Shown here: positions 27,760 through 35,642 of the stretch, one piece after another | Numbering within the stretch: the stretch's first letter is position 1 | Layout of the letters: every line of letters starts with the position of its first letter | Source of the DNA: Thermodesulfobacteriota bacterium | GTDB lineage: Bacteria > Desulfobacterota > Desulfobacteria > Desulfobacterales > Desulfobacteraceae | Reading direction: 5' to 3' | Assembly (NCBI GenBank): GCA_034660495.1 | Contig: JAYEJJ010000221.1 | Location: 23,549-78,146 of the forward strand | DNA: 54,598 nucleotides | The notes under the pieces: generated by a model | What the model saw: the letters and a program-made list of their open reading frames with translations, nothing else | Told to the model about the DNA's origin: nothing | Database searches by the model: none | Translations under genes and position numbers: made by a program

Positions 27760-28440
27760 ATGATTCTTGAAATGACACGGCCGGTCCAGGGCGGACTCAG
27801 GCAGGAGAAAAAACTTGATGTAACAGCAAATCATCTTGCCAATGTTGATACAGCCGGATTTAAAAAGGATGTGGTGAGTTTTGACAAAATGTTCAAGGCA
27901 AAGCTCAATACAGACCTGACCCAGGGAGACATCAAGCGTACAGGGAATGTGCTGGATCTTGCCATGGCAGATGAGGGGTTTTTTAAGGTCGATACACCGG
28001 CTGGCATCAGGTATACAAGAAACGGCACGTTTACCCTCAATGAGAACAACGTGCTGGTGAATCAGAACGGAGACGTGGTTCTCGGTCAGGCAGGACAGAT
28101 CGTTCTGGACGGAGAAAATATTGATATCAATAAAAACGGTGACATATTTGCTGATAATGAATTCATTGACACCCTTGATATTGTAACCTTTGACAATCTT
28201 GAAAATCTTTTCAAACAGGGCCATGGTAATTTTGTTTATAGGGGTGATCCAGGGGAGGAGCAGGTTCCGGACACAATTAAAGTGAAGCAGCGGTCCCTTG
28301 AAGGGTCCAATGTTGAAACGGTGAATGAGATGGTGAATATGGTCGATCACAACAGAATGTACGAGGTGTTTCAAAAGATGATTATCACCTTTGACGAGGT
28401 GGACGGCAAGGCCATTAATGAGGTAGGAAAACTGCAATAG
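27760..28440 (+). CDS. flgF: Flagellar proximal rod protein FlgF
   Basis: Rod N-terminus (LDVTANHLANVDTAGFKKD) and C-terminus (LEGSNVETVNEMVNMVDHNRMYEVFQKMI). Precedes flgG. Confidence 0.85.
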   Translation: MILEMTRPVQGGLRQEKKLDVTANHLANVDTAGFKKDVVSFDKMFKAKLNTDLTQGDIKRTGNVLDLAMADEGFFKVDTPAGIRYTRNGTFTLNENNVLVNQNGDVVLGQAGQIVLDGENIDINKNGDIFADNEFIDTLDIVTFDNLENLFKQGHGNFVYRGDPGEEQVPDTIKVKQRSLEGSNVETVNEMVNMVDHNRMYEVFQKMIITFDEVDGKAINEVGKLQ

Positions 28441-28459
28441 ACAGATCAGGAGGAAATAT

Positions 28460-29242
28460 ATGATCCGAGCGCTTTGGACCGCAGCAACAGGTATGAACGC
28501 CCAGCAGATGCAGACAGATGTGGTGGCAAATAATCTGGCCAACTCCAGTACCACAGGGTTTAAAAAATCCAGGGCCAATTTTGAAGACCTCATGTACCAG
28601 ACCATGCTGGTGGCCGGGGCCACTACACCGGGTGGGGGGCAGGTGCCCACAGGCATACAGGTGGGCATGGGGGTTAAGCCGGCCGGGGTTCAGAAACTCT
28701 TTACCCAGGGGGATTATGTGCAGACAGGCAATGACCTTGACATGTCCATCCAGGGCGATGGATTTTTCAGGGTGCTTCACGGTGATGAAGAGCTCTATAC
28801 CCGGGCGGGCAATTTTACCCTGGACAGTGAGGGATTTATCACAACACCCAGCGGGGACAGGCTTCAGCCCGAGATTGCCCTGCCTCCGGAAACCACCCTG
28901 GTGACCCTTCAGGATAACGGGACACTGACGGTGCATGGGGCAGAGGATCAGATCCTTGCAACAGAAGAGATAAACGTTTACACCTTTGTGAACAATGCCG
29001 GTCTTTTTGCCGTGGGCAACAATCTTTTCAGGCCCACTGAAGGCTCTGGCGTGGCAGTTGAGAATATTCCCGGAGAAGACGGGGCAGGAACAGTGATCAA
29101 TAATAATCTGGAGATGTCCAATGTCAGTGTTGTTGAAGAAATGGTGGCCATGATTGTGGGCCAGCGGGCCTATGAAGCCAATTCAAAATCCATTCAGACA
29201 GCGGACACCATGCTGGGGACGGCCAACGGTATAAAGAGGTAA
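28460..29242 (+). CDS. flgG: Flagellar distal rod protein FlgG
   Basis: MIRALWTAATGMNAQQMQTDVVANNLANSSTTGFKKSRANFEDL... and LEMSNVSVVEEMVAMIVGQRAYEANSKSIQTADTML. 260 aa. Confidence 0.95.
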   Translation: MIRALWTAATGMNAQQMQTDVVANNLANSSTTGFKKSRANFEDLMYQTMLVAGATTPGGGQVPTGIQVGMGVKPAGVQKLFTQGDYVQTGNDLDMSIQGDGFFRVLHGDEELYTRAGNFTLDSEGFITTPSGDRLQPEIALPPETTLVTLQDNGTLTVHGAEDQILATEEINVYTFVNNAGLFAVGNNLFRPTEGSGVAVENIPGEDGAGTVINNNLEMSNVSVVEEMVAMIVGQRAYEANSKSIQTADTMLGTANGIKR

Positions 29243-29388
29243 ATCAGGTGTATGTTTATAAGAAACTTGAAACAAGAGACAAGAAACAAGACTCTGTACA
29301 ATTCATGTTTCATGGTTTGTTGTGATGCTGTGCATCATGTGAGTTATTTAAAAATCAATTTCTGCAATTTAAAACCAAAGGGAATGGT

Positions 29389-30573
29389 ATGAAACAGTAT
29401 TATCGCATCCTGGTGCATGGATGTCTGATTTTTTTCTGGATCAGCCTGTGCAGTGCTGCAGCAGTCAGTTCCGCCCAGGGTAAAGCCGGTATTGCAGACA
29501 ATGAAATAAGCATGACATCAAATGAAATACGTTTTGCCGAAAGAGATACAGGGATTGCCGAAAGAGATATAGATAGTGCAAAAGGTGATACAGGTCGTCC
29601 AAAAAGCGATATAGATATTTCGGAAAATGATTCAGGCGCTGCACAGAGAGATGTCAGTACAGAGAATCCAGCCCTGAACGTAAGAATTGAGGTCAGCCAG
29701 TCAGCAGAGGTGAATTTTAGAAAAATTTATTTAAAAGAAATTGCTGACATTAATGCGTCAAAATTTCTAAAGCAGCAGATTCAGACCATTGATCTTGGGT
29801 TTGCCCCGAAATTCGGAGAAGTAAAAGGTTTATCCAGGGATCAGGTTATATCCAGGATCAGATCCTGCCCTGGCCTGCCCCATGACATGGATCTGCAGGT
29901 GCCTGAACAGATATTTGTAAAACGGGCCTGCCAGCGTATTCCAGAAACCCGGTTCAAGAATCTGTTTATGGATTACGTCAAAGAGCGGGTAGAGGGAAAA
30001 GAATTTCATGTCAGGGATTTTGAGGTCAGGAATTCCGGCCTTTACAAAAAAGGGGATACGTCTCTTGTCCTGGTCTCAGACCATACCAGGGATGTAAAGG
30101 GAAGGCTGACCCTTTACGTAAATGTGGATATTGACGGAGAAAAGTGCGACAGGGCAGCCCTTTCAGGCATTGTAGATGTGTTTGACCATGTGGTGACCGC
30201 CGCAAGAACCTTAAGACGGGGCAGTATTGTTTCCGCGTCCGACCTTTGCGTTGAAAAAATGAATATTTCAAATATTTATGGTCATTACCTTTCCTGCAAA
30301 GAGGATGCTGTGGGCCTGGCCCTGAAGTCCAGTGTCCGTCAGGGCAGGCATATCAGACAGAAAATTCTGGAAGATCCCCCTATGGTCTACAAGGGAAAAA
30401 TGGTGCAGATCATTGCCTCCTCAGGCAATCTCTGCATAACCACCTCAGGTGTTGCCAGGGAAGACGGGAGATTGAACGACCAGATCCCGGTTGAAAATAT
30501 ACGCTCAGGAAGGATTGTGCACGGCGTGGTGATCGGGAAATCCATAGTTAAAGGGCTTTACCAGGCCTATTAA
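29389..30573 (+). CDS. flgA: P-ring assembly chaperone FlgA, with a long N-terminal extension
   Basis: Signal peptide. C-terminal FlgA pattern (RTLRRGSIVSASDL...GKMVQIIASSGNLCITTSGVAREDGRLNDQIPVENIRSGRIVHGVV). 394 aa. Confidence 0.8.
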   Translation: MKQYYRILVHGCLIFFWISLCSAAAVSSAQGKAGIADNEISMTSNEIRFAERDTGIAERDIDSAKGDTGRPKSDIDISENDSGAAQRDVSTENPALNVRIEVSQSAEVNFRKIYLKEIADINASKFLKQQIQTIDLGFAPKFGEVKGLSRDQVISRIRSCPGLPHDMDLQVPEQIFVKRACQRIPETRFKNLFMDYVKERVEGKEFHVRDFEVRNSGLYKKGDTSLVLVSDHTRDVKGRLTLYVNVDIDGEKCDRAALSGIVDVFDHVVTAARTLRRGSIVSASDLCVEKMNISNIYGHYLSCKEDAVGLALKSSVRQGRHIRQKILEDPPMVYKGKMVQIIASSGNLCITTSGVAREDGRLNDQIPVENIRSGRIVHGVVIGKSIVKGLYQAY

Positions 30574-30574
30574 C

Positions 30575-30696
30575 TGAAAGCTGATGACTTTATATGAAAG
30601 TGTTAAGTTTTAAGTGTTAAGTTTTAAGCCAGTGACGGCAGACGGCTTTCATGTTTTGTTGTGCCTGTCAAGGCATGGCCGTTTATATGAAAGTCG
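30575..30696. repeat. R1-family mosaic repeat
   Basis: ctgaaagctgatgactttatatgaaag, a gtgttaagttttaag duplication, then ggctttcatgttttgttgtgcctgtcaaggcatggccgtttatatgaaagtcg. Confidence 0.8.
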
Positions 30697-30705
30697 TGTA
30701 ATCCC

Positions 30706-30870
30706 GGCCGCCGATTCGGGGTATTGCCCTACGCTCATAGAGCCAAGGCTCCTCTTCGAGTCTCACAAATCACAAGGATTTGCTCCGAGGCGAGCGGCAG
30801 CTGTTCAGTGTATCCGCACCTCACAGCTGCCGCTCAAAACCGCTACGGGCAAAACCCCGAACCGGCGGCC
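30706..30870 (+). repeat. ~165-nt structured element (S-element), copy A, upstream of flgH
   Basis: 24-nt terminal arms ggccgccgattcggggtattgccc / gggcaaaaccccgaaccggcggcc. Internal hairpin gagcggcagctgt...acagctgccgctc. Homologous to 31892-32057 in the opposite orientation. Confidence 0.8.
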
Positions 30871-30877
30871 TCTGTAT

Positions 30878-30957
30878 CGGACTTTCATGCTTTGTTGTGA
30901 GCATGCTGCTCATGGTCGTTAGTACTAAAGGCTGAAGGCTGAAGGCTTTCATTTAAA
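30878..30957. repeat. R1-family mosaic repeat
   Basis: cggactttcatgctttgttgtgagcatgctgctcatggtcgtt followed by aaggctgaaggctgaaggctttcat. Confidence 0.8.
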
Positions 30958-30989
30958 GATCGAAATACAGAAATAATACAGGAGGAGGC

Positions 30990-31712
30990 ATGCAGAAAAA
31001 AACAGCTGTTTTTACGGCAATTGTATTGACCGTTCTGATATCGGGATGCGCGTCTGTTGAAAAAGAAAATCCTTTAACGGTTCTGCCCGAGGGCATTTCC
31101 GCACAGCCTGCACTTCAGCCCCAGTACGCAATGCTTCCCCCGTCTGAAGGCTCTTTGTGGACCGAGGCCAGTGATCCGCTCTTTGAGGACACAAAGGCAA
31201 GAAATCCAGGAGATACCCTGGTGGTGGATATTGTTGAAAATTCATCCTCAAGAATGGATGTGAATACGGAAACGAGCAGGGAATCCAATATGAATATCGG
31301 GGTGCCCAATTTTTTCGGGGAAATGCGCAAATACGAGGCCCTGGCCAATCCAGTCAGAAAAGGCATGCTGGCAGACAAACTTGTCGGAACGACCTACACC
31401 AATGAATTTGAAGGAGAAGCCTCAAGTGACCGCATGGGTCAGGTTACTGCTTCCATTTCCGCCAGGATAACAGAGGTGCTTCCCAATGGAAATTTAAGCC
31501 TTTACGGCCGGCGGGCCATGAAGGTGAACAATGAGGTTCAGTATATTGTGGTCTCAGGCGTTGTAAGGCCCCAGGATATTTCATCTGACAACAGAGTGCA
31601 ATCAACCTATCTGGCAGATTCAAGCATTGAGTATTTTGGCCGGGGCGCTTTGGCAGACAAGCAGAAACCCGGATGGGGCACCCGGCTGTTTGATAATTTC
31701 TGGCCGTTTTAA
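30990..31712 (+). CDS. flgH: Flagellar L-ring lipoprotein FlgH
   Basis: Lipobox LISGC. Conserved FlgH body (GDTLVVDIVENSSS...ITEVLPNGNLSLYGRRAMKVNNEVQYIVVSGVVRPQDI). AGGAGGAGG RBS. Confidence 0.95.
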   Translation: MQKKTAVFTAIVLTVLISGCASVEKENPLTVLPEGISAQPALQPQYAMLPPSEGSLWTEASDPLFEDTKARNPGDTLVVDIVENSSSRMDVNTETSRESNMNIGVPNFFGEMRKYEALANPVRKGMLADKLVGTTYTNEFEGEASSDRMGQVTASISARITEVLPNGNLSLYGRRAMKVNNEVQYIVVSGVVRPQDISSDNRVQSTYLADSSIEYFGRGALADKQKPGWGTRLFDNFWPF

Positions 31713-31740
31713 GATTTGAAATTCTGTAATTCGATTAACG

Positions 31741-31858
31741 TCCATGCCTTGACAGGCACAACAAAGCATGAAAGCTGTTAGCTGTTAGCTTTTAGCTGAA
31801 TACTGAAGGCTGATGGCTTTCATATAAACGGCATGAGCAGCGTGCTCACAACGTAGAT
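31741..31858. repeat. R1-family mosaic repeat (two units)
   Basis: tccatgccttgacaggcacaacaaagcatgaaagc, an agct-stutter, then ggctttcatataaacggcatgagcagcgtgctcacaacgtagata. Confidence 0.8.
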
Positions 31859-31891
31859 AGGGTCGTAGACGCGAAGCCAAGTCCAATTAGA

Positions 31892-32057
31892 GGCAGCCGG
31901 TTCGGGGTTTTGTCCGTAGCGGTTTTGAGCGGCAGCAGTGAGCACGGATGCTCAAAACAGCTGCCGCTCGCATCAAGGCAAATCCTGGATGATTTGCGAG
32001 GGCCGAAGGCAAGCGACTGCTTACATGAGCGGAGGACAAAACCCCGAATCGGCTGCC
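31892..32057 (-). repeat. ~165-nt structured element (S-element), copy B, downstream of flgH and inverted relative to copy A
   Basis: The reverse complement aligns with copy A along its full length. Arms ggcagccgattcggggttttgtcc / ggacaaaaccccgaaccggctgcc. The same internal gagcggcagc...gctgccgctc hairpin is present. Confidence 0.8.
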
Positions 32058-32094
32058 GGCGCACCACGACTTTCATATAAAACAGGGTGGAATT

Positions 32095-33357
32095 ATGAAT
32101 AAAAAGAATTGTTTTATAACAGATACGTATGTTTCCAGGTACATTTTCCATGGGGTCAGGTATATTTCCCGTGGCGTTAAGTACATTTCCCATGGCGTTA
32201 TATCCCTTTCCCACGGATGCTTAACTCTTCTGACTCCCTGTTCTATTTTTTTATGTTCCGGTAAATTTGTTTTTTACGGGTTTCTGGTGATTTGTCTGTT
32301 CTGTATTGATCCGGCCTGGGGGGCACGGATAAAGGACCTTGCTGCCATCAAGGGGATTAGAACCAATCAGCTGACAGGATACGGCCTGATTGTGGGGCTT
32401 GACGGAACCGGAGACAAGGCAGGCACAGATTTTACCACCCAGGCACTGGCCAATATGATGGAGAGAATGGGCATTCATGTGGACAAAAATTCACTCAGTG
32501 TGAAAAATGTGGCAGCCGTGATGCTCACCGCCAATATCCCGCCCTTTGCACGGATTGGGAATAAAATTGATATCATGGCCTCTTCCATTGGCGATGCCAA
32601 AAGTCTCATGGGCGGCACACTTTTATTAACCCCGCTCAAGGGGGTGGATGGAAAGGTCTATGCCCTGGGACAAGGTCCGGTGACCATAGGCGGAATGGGC
32701 GCCGGGGGGGCCGGCGGCACCACACAGAAGAATCATCTCCAGGTGGCAAGAATAGCCAATGGCGCAACCATTGAAAGGGAGATCCCTTTCCGGCTGGATG
32801 GTAAGGAATTTTTAACCCTGTCTTTGTTTAATCCTGATTTTACAACGGCCAAACGCGTTTCTGATACCATTAATGCCTCCATTGGCGAGGGGATTGCCGA
32901 AGCAGTGGATTCCAGCGCCCTCCGCCTGAAAATTCCGGAAAATATGCGAGAGGCAGATGTGGCTGAATTCATCGCTGATATTGAAACATTAAGCGTTGTG
33001 CCGGATACACGGGCCAAGATCGTTGTCAACGAAAAAACAGGCACCGTTGTTATCGGAGAAAATGTGACCATTTCAACAGTTGCTGTGGCCCACGGCAATC
33101 TGACCGTGACCATTAAAAAATCCAGTGACGTGGTCCAGCCCCAGCCGCTGGCCGGGGGAGAAACCGTTGTCACACCGGAAAATGAAATAACCATGGAGGA
33201 AGAGGATGTCAAGGTCATGCCCCTGCCGGGCAGTTCAACCATTGGGGAACTGGTCAAGGGGCTGAACGCCATCGGGGTTTCCCCAAGGGATCTGATCAGC
33301 ATCCTTCAGAGCATCAAGGCATCTGGTGCGCTTCAGGCAGAACTTGAAATAATTTAG
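32095..33357 (+). CDS. flgI: Flagellar P-ring protein FlgI, with an atypical ~55-aa N-terminal extension
   Basis: The mature region ARIKDLAAIKGIRTNQLTGYGLIVGLDGTGD... is classic FlgI. The only in-frame canonical start is ATG 32095. Confidence 0.9.
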   Translation: MNKKNCFITDTYVSRYIFHGVRYISRGVKYISHGVISLSHGCLTLLTPCSIFLCSGKFVFYGFLVICLFCIDPAWGARIKDLAAIKGIRTNQLTGYGLIVGLDGTGDKAGTDFTTQALANMMERMGIHVDKNSLSVKNVAAVMLTANIPPFARIGNKIDIMASSIGDAKSLMGGTLLLTPLKGVDGKVYALGQGPVTIGGMGAGGAGGTTQKNHLQVARIANGATIEREIPFRLDGKEFLTLSLFNPDFTTAKRVSDTINASIGEGIAEAVDSSALRLKIPENMREADVAEFIADIETLSVVPDTRAKIVVNEKTGTVVIGENVTISTVAVAHGNLTVTIKKSSDVVQPQPLAGGETVVTPENEITMEEEDVKVMPLPGSSTIGELVKGLNAIGVSPRDLISILQSIKASGALQAELEII

Positions 33358-33392
33358 TAGAAATAATTCAGTAGAAATAATTCAGGAGTACG

Positions 33393-33848
33393 ATGGATAC
33401 AGATATAATCAGCCAGAACCTTGGCCAGGCCGGCCTTGAAAAACTGAGAAGGAACAGCACCAAAAATCAGAACAGCTTTCTGAATCAAAACAGCTCTCTG
33501 AATCAGAATATCACCCGGAATCAGAGCGATTTTATGAATCAGACAGGCAGCTGTATTGATACCACCAGCCGGGATCAGGCTGGCAGCCTGAATTCGAAAA
33601 ACTCAGACACCACTGAAAATACTGAATTAAAGGAAGCCTGCCAGGGATTTGAAGCTATTTTTTTAAACAGCCTGATGAAGTCCATGCGTACCTCCCTGCC
33701 AGGAGACGGGCTCTTTAAGGAGAGCCACGGCATGGGTATCTATAAATCTATGTATGACCGGTATTTAACAGAGGATATTGCCAAAAATAGCCCCGGCACG
33801 GGAATTGGGCAGTATCTTTACAGGCAGCTGCAGGATCAGGCCCTTTAA
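33393..33848 (+). CDS. flgJ: Rod-binding FlgJ-type protein (N-terminal domain only, no muramidase domain)
   Basis: Rod_binding pattern ACQGFEAIFLNSLMKSMRTSLPGDGLFKESHGMGIYKSMYDRYLTEDIAK. Follows flgI. Confidence 0.85.
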   Translation: MDTDIISQNLGQAGLEKLRRNSTKNQNSFLNQNSSLNQNITRNQSDFMNQTGSCIDTTSRDQAGSLNSKNSDTTENTELKEACQGFEAIFLNSLMKSMRTSLPGDGLFKESHGMGIYKSMYDRYLTEDIAKNSPGTGIGQYLYRQLQDQAL

Positions 33849-33875
33849 ATCGCCTATAAAAAGTAGGTGACCCCA

Positions 33876-34400
33876 CTAGGTGAGTTTGAGAACGCCGATG
33901 ATGATGCCGGCCATGGTCACGGATAATCCAAAAGACCAGATCATGAACCGGTCAATTCTTTTGGTGAGGAGCTCAAAGCGGTTGTTCATGGTTTCAGTCA
34001 GTTTATCAAAGCGCTTATCAATCTGTAGGAACCGTTCATCCTGCTTCTCAAACCTTTTGTCCTGCTTCTCAAACCTTTTGTCCTGCTTCTCAAACCTTTT
34101 GTCCTGCTTCTCAAACCTTTTGTCCTGCTGTTCAAACCTTTTGTCCTGCTGTTCAAACCTTTTGTCCTGCTGTTGAAAGCGTTTTTCATGCATTTCAAAC
34201 CCCTGTTTCATCTGCTCAAACCCCTGTTTCATCAGCTCCCGCTGGTTCTTCAGCTCTTCTTCTACCCGGACCATGCGCTCTCTGAGCTCTATTTCATAGA
34301 CGTGGGGCGGTTTTGCAAGACTTTGATCGCTGAGCCACTGGCTGATGTTTTTGCGGACAAATTACCCTATTTCCTGAAAATCCTCATTTGCTAAGGCCAT
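33876..34400 (-). pseudogene. Tail-anchored coiled-coil protein paralog with an in-frame TAA at codon 13. The remaining ORF 33876-34274 could still be expressed from an internal Met.
   Basis: Collinear with the intact paralog at 35643-36062. GAA in the paralog is TAA here (34362-34364 on the + strand). Heptad DKRFE(Q/K)Q repeats and a C-terminal TM helix (FMIWSFGLSVTMAGIIIGVLKLT). Confidence 0.6.
34032..34178. repeat. 21-bp tandem repeat x7 (encodes the DKRFE(Q/K)Q heptads)
   Basis: ccttttgtcctgcttctcaaa / ccttttgtcctgctgttcaaa units in perfect 21-nt register. Confidence 0.9.
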
Positions 34401-34468
34401 GGCTGCTCTCCTTTTATTTTGGGGTATGGTCACTGCATTTTCGGGTTTGATTATAACATCTGCCACCC

Positions 34469-34570
34469 TGGGGTGGGGTCAGGCTTCGGTTATTGCGCTT
34501 TTGTTTTAATTTGTCTTTAAACAGAGTCCTTTGTCAAAAGCGTAATAACCGAAGCCCGACCCCGTTAATC
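34469..34570. repeat. ~100-bp palindromic element (P2), copy 2
   Basis: Near-identical to 11871-11973. Confidence 0.85.
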
Positions 34571-34678
34571 ACTCTTATTTGTACAACGGGAGCAGGGCTT
34601 TTTCAAGGGAAAATTTTTTTTCTGTTTTAACATCAGATTTATTCAAAAGTCATTGTTATTGCAATACTATTGCAGTTT

Positions 34679-34805
34679 GGGGTATCCTTCATAAGTACTT
34701 TACACTTTTTATTTTTTTTAACCACGAAACACACGAAAGGCACGAAAAATATAAAAATCAAACAAAAAAGTGTAAACTACTTTTGAAGCATTATGAAGAA
34801 TGCCC
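34679..34805. repeat. Long asymmetric palindrome (P3), copy 1, inverted relative to copies 2 and 3
   Basis: Arms ggggtatccttcataagtactttacacttttt / aaaaaagtgtaaactacttttgaagcattatgaagaatgccc with a variable centre. Confidence 0.75.
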
Positions 34806-34913
34806 AGTTTGGCTGTACTTCCATAAAAAATGTGTAATTATGTTTTTTTGTTTTGATTGTTACATAATTACAGATTATAATGTTTTCAACTTCAATGCAA
34901 TAGAAGGAAGCAG

Positions 34914-35090
34914 ATGACAAAACGGGAATTGATAAAGCTCTTGAAAAAATCGGGCTGGAAATATCTCAGAGAGGGGCGGCATGAAGTCTGGGGTAAAAAA
35001 GGGAAAACGATCCCGCTCCCACGACATGCCGGAGATATCCCCGTGGGAACCGTTAACAGAATTTTGAAAAGAGCAGGCATTAAGAAATAA
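34914..35090 (+). CDS. hicA: HicA-family toxin (58 aa; below the ORF-track size cutoff)
   Basis: Manual translation: MTKRELIKLLKKSGWKYLREGRHEVWGKKGKTIPLPRHAGDIPVGTVNRILKRAGIKK. GAAGGAAG RBS. Immediately upstream of hicB. Confidence 0.8.
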   Translation: MTKRELIKLLKKSGWKYLREGRHEVWGKKGKTIPLPRHAGDIPVGTVNRILKRAGIKK

Positions 35091-35150
35091 GACCGCCCTC
35101 TCGGGAGCATCCCGTTTCTAAAAGTATAAACATGACATGGAGGTAAAAAA

Positions 35151-35537
35151 ATGGAGTTCTTTTACGCTGTTTTCACAAAAGAAGATGATACTGTTTTGGT
35201 TTCGATTCCAGATGTGGAAATCTGCGAGACCTTCGGTAAATCATGGGATGAAGCCTATGAGATGGGGGTGGATGCATTGGCCGCTTGTTTGTCAGAACCG
35301 GAAACAATCGTTCATCCAAAATCAACCCGTGAAAAACTACAGGCTGACAATCCGGAATCTGAAATTGTGCCCATTCCGGTAGATGAGTCTATCAGGAAAA
35401 AATATGCAAAAACCAAACGGTTTAATGTGATTTTCCCTGAAGATTTGTTGGTTCGGGTAGATGAGTATCGAGCCGGTGCAGGAATGAAGCGCTCTCAACT
35501 ACTGGCAGAAGCAGCGGAGCAATATTTAAAAGCATAA
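35151..35537 (+). CDS. hicB: HicB-family antitoxin with a C-terminal ribbon-helix-helix
   Basis: N-terminus FFYAVFTKEDDTVLVSIPDVEICETFGKSWDEAYEMGVDALAACL (HicB fold pattern). C-terminus KRFNVIFPEDLLVRVDEYRAGAGMKRSQLLAEAAEQYL (RHH/CopG-like). Confidence 0.8.
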   Translation: MEFFYAVFTKEDDTVLVSIPDVEICETFGKSWDEAYEMGVDALAACLSEPETIVHPKSTREKLQADNPESEIVPIPVDESIRKKYAKTKRFNVIFPEDLLVRVDEYRAGAGMKRSQLLAEAAEQYLKA

Positions 35538-35642
35538 AAAATGTGACTTTTTAAACCCTGGCCCGGCTAAGTTTGCTGAAAAGGTTCGTTTGAACATTAC
35601 CCCATCACAGGGATTAGTCACAGTTCTTCCTCATGACTATTA

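Noticed and set aside
27718-28668. 316-aa ORF on the - strand
   Set aside because: It is entirely antisense to the well-supported flgF and flgG genes, has no recognisable motifs and has odd composition. It is a shadow ORF.
30614-30922. 102-aa + ORF, and the 122-aa - ORF at 31846-32214
   Set aside because: Both are read through the S-elements and R1 repeats. The two 'proteins' resemble each other only because the DNA elements are inverted copies. Compensatory stem changes argue for a structure rather than coding.
5951-32057. Possibility that the dense intergenic repeats are a CRISPR array
   Set aside because: The units are not evenly spaced, occur in both orientations, are scattered between genes and are themselves palindromic with variable cores. 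There are no cas genes in the window.
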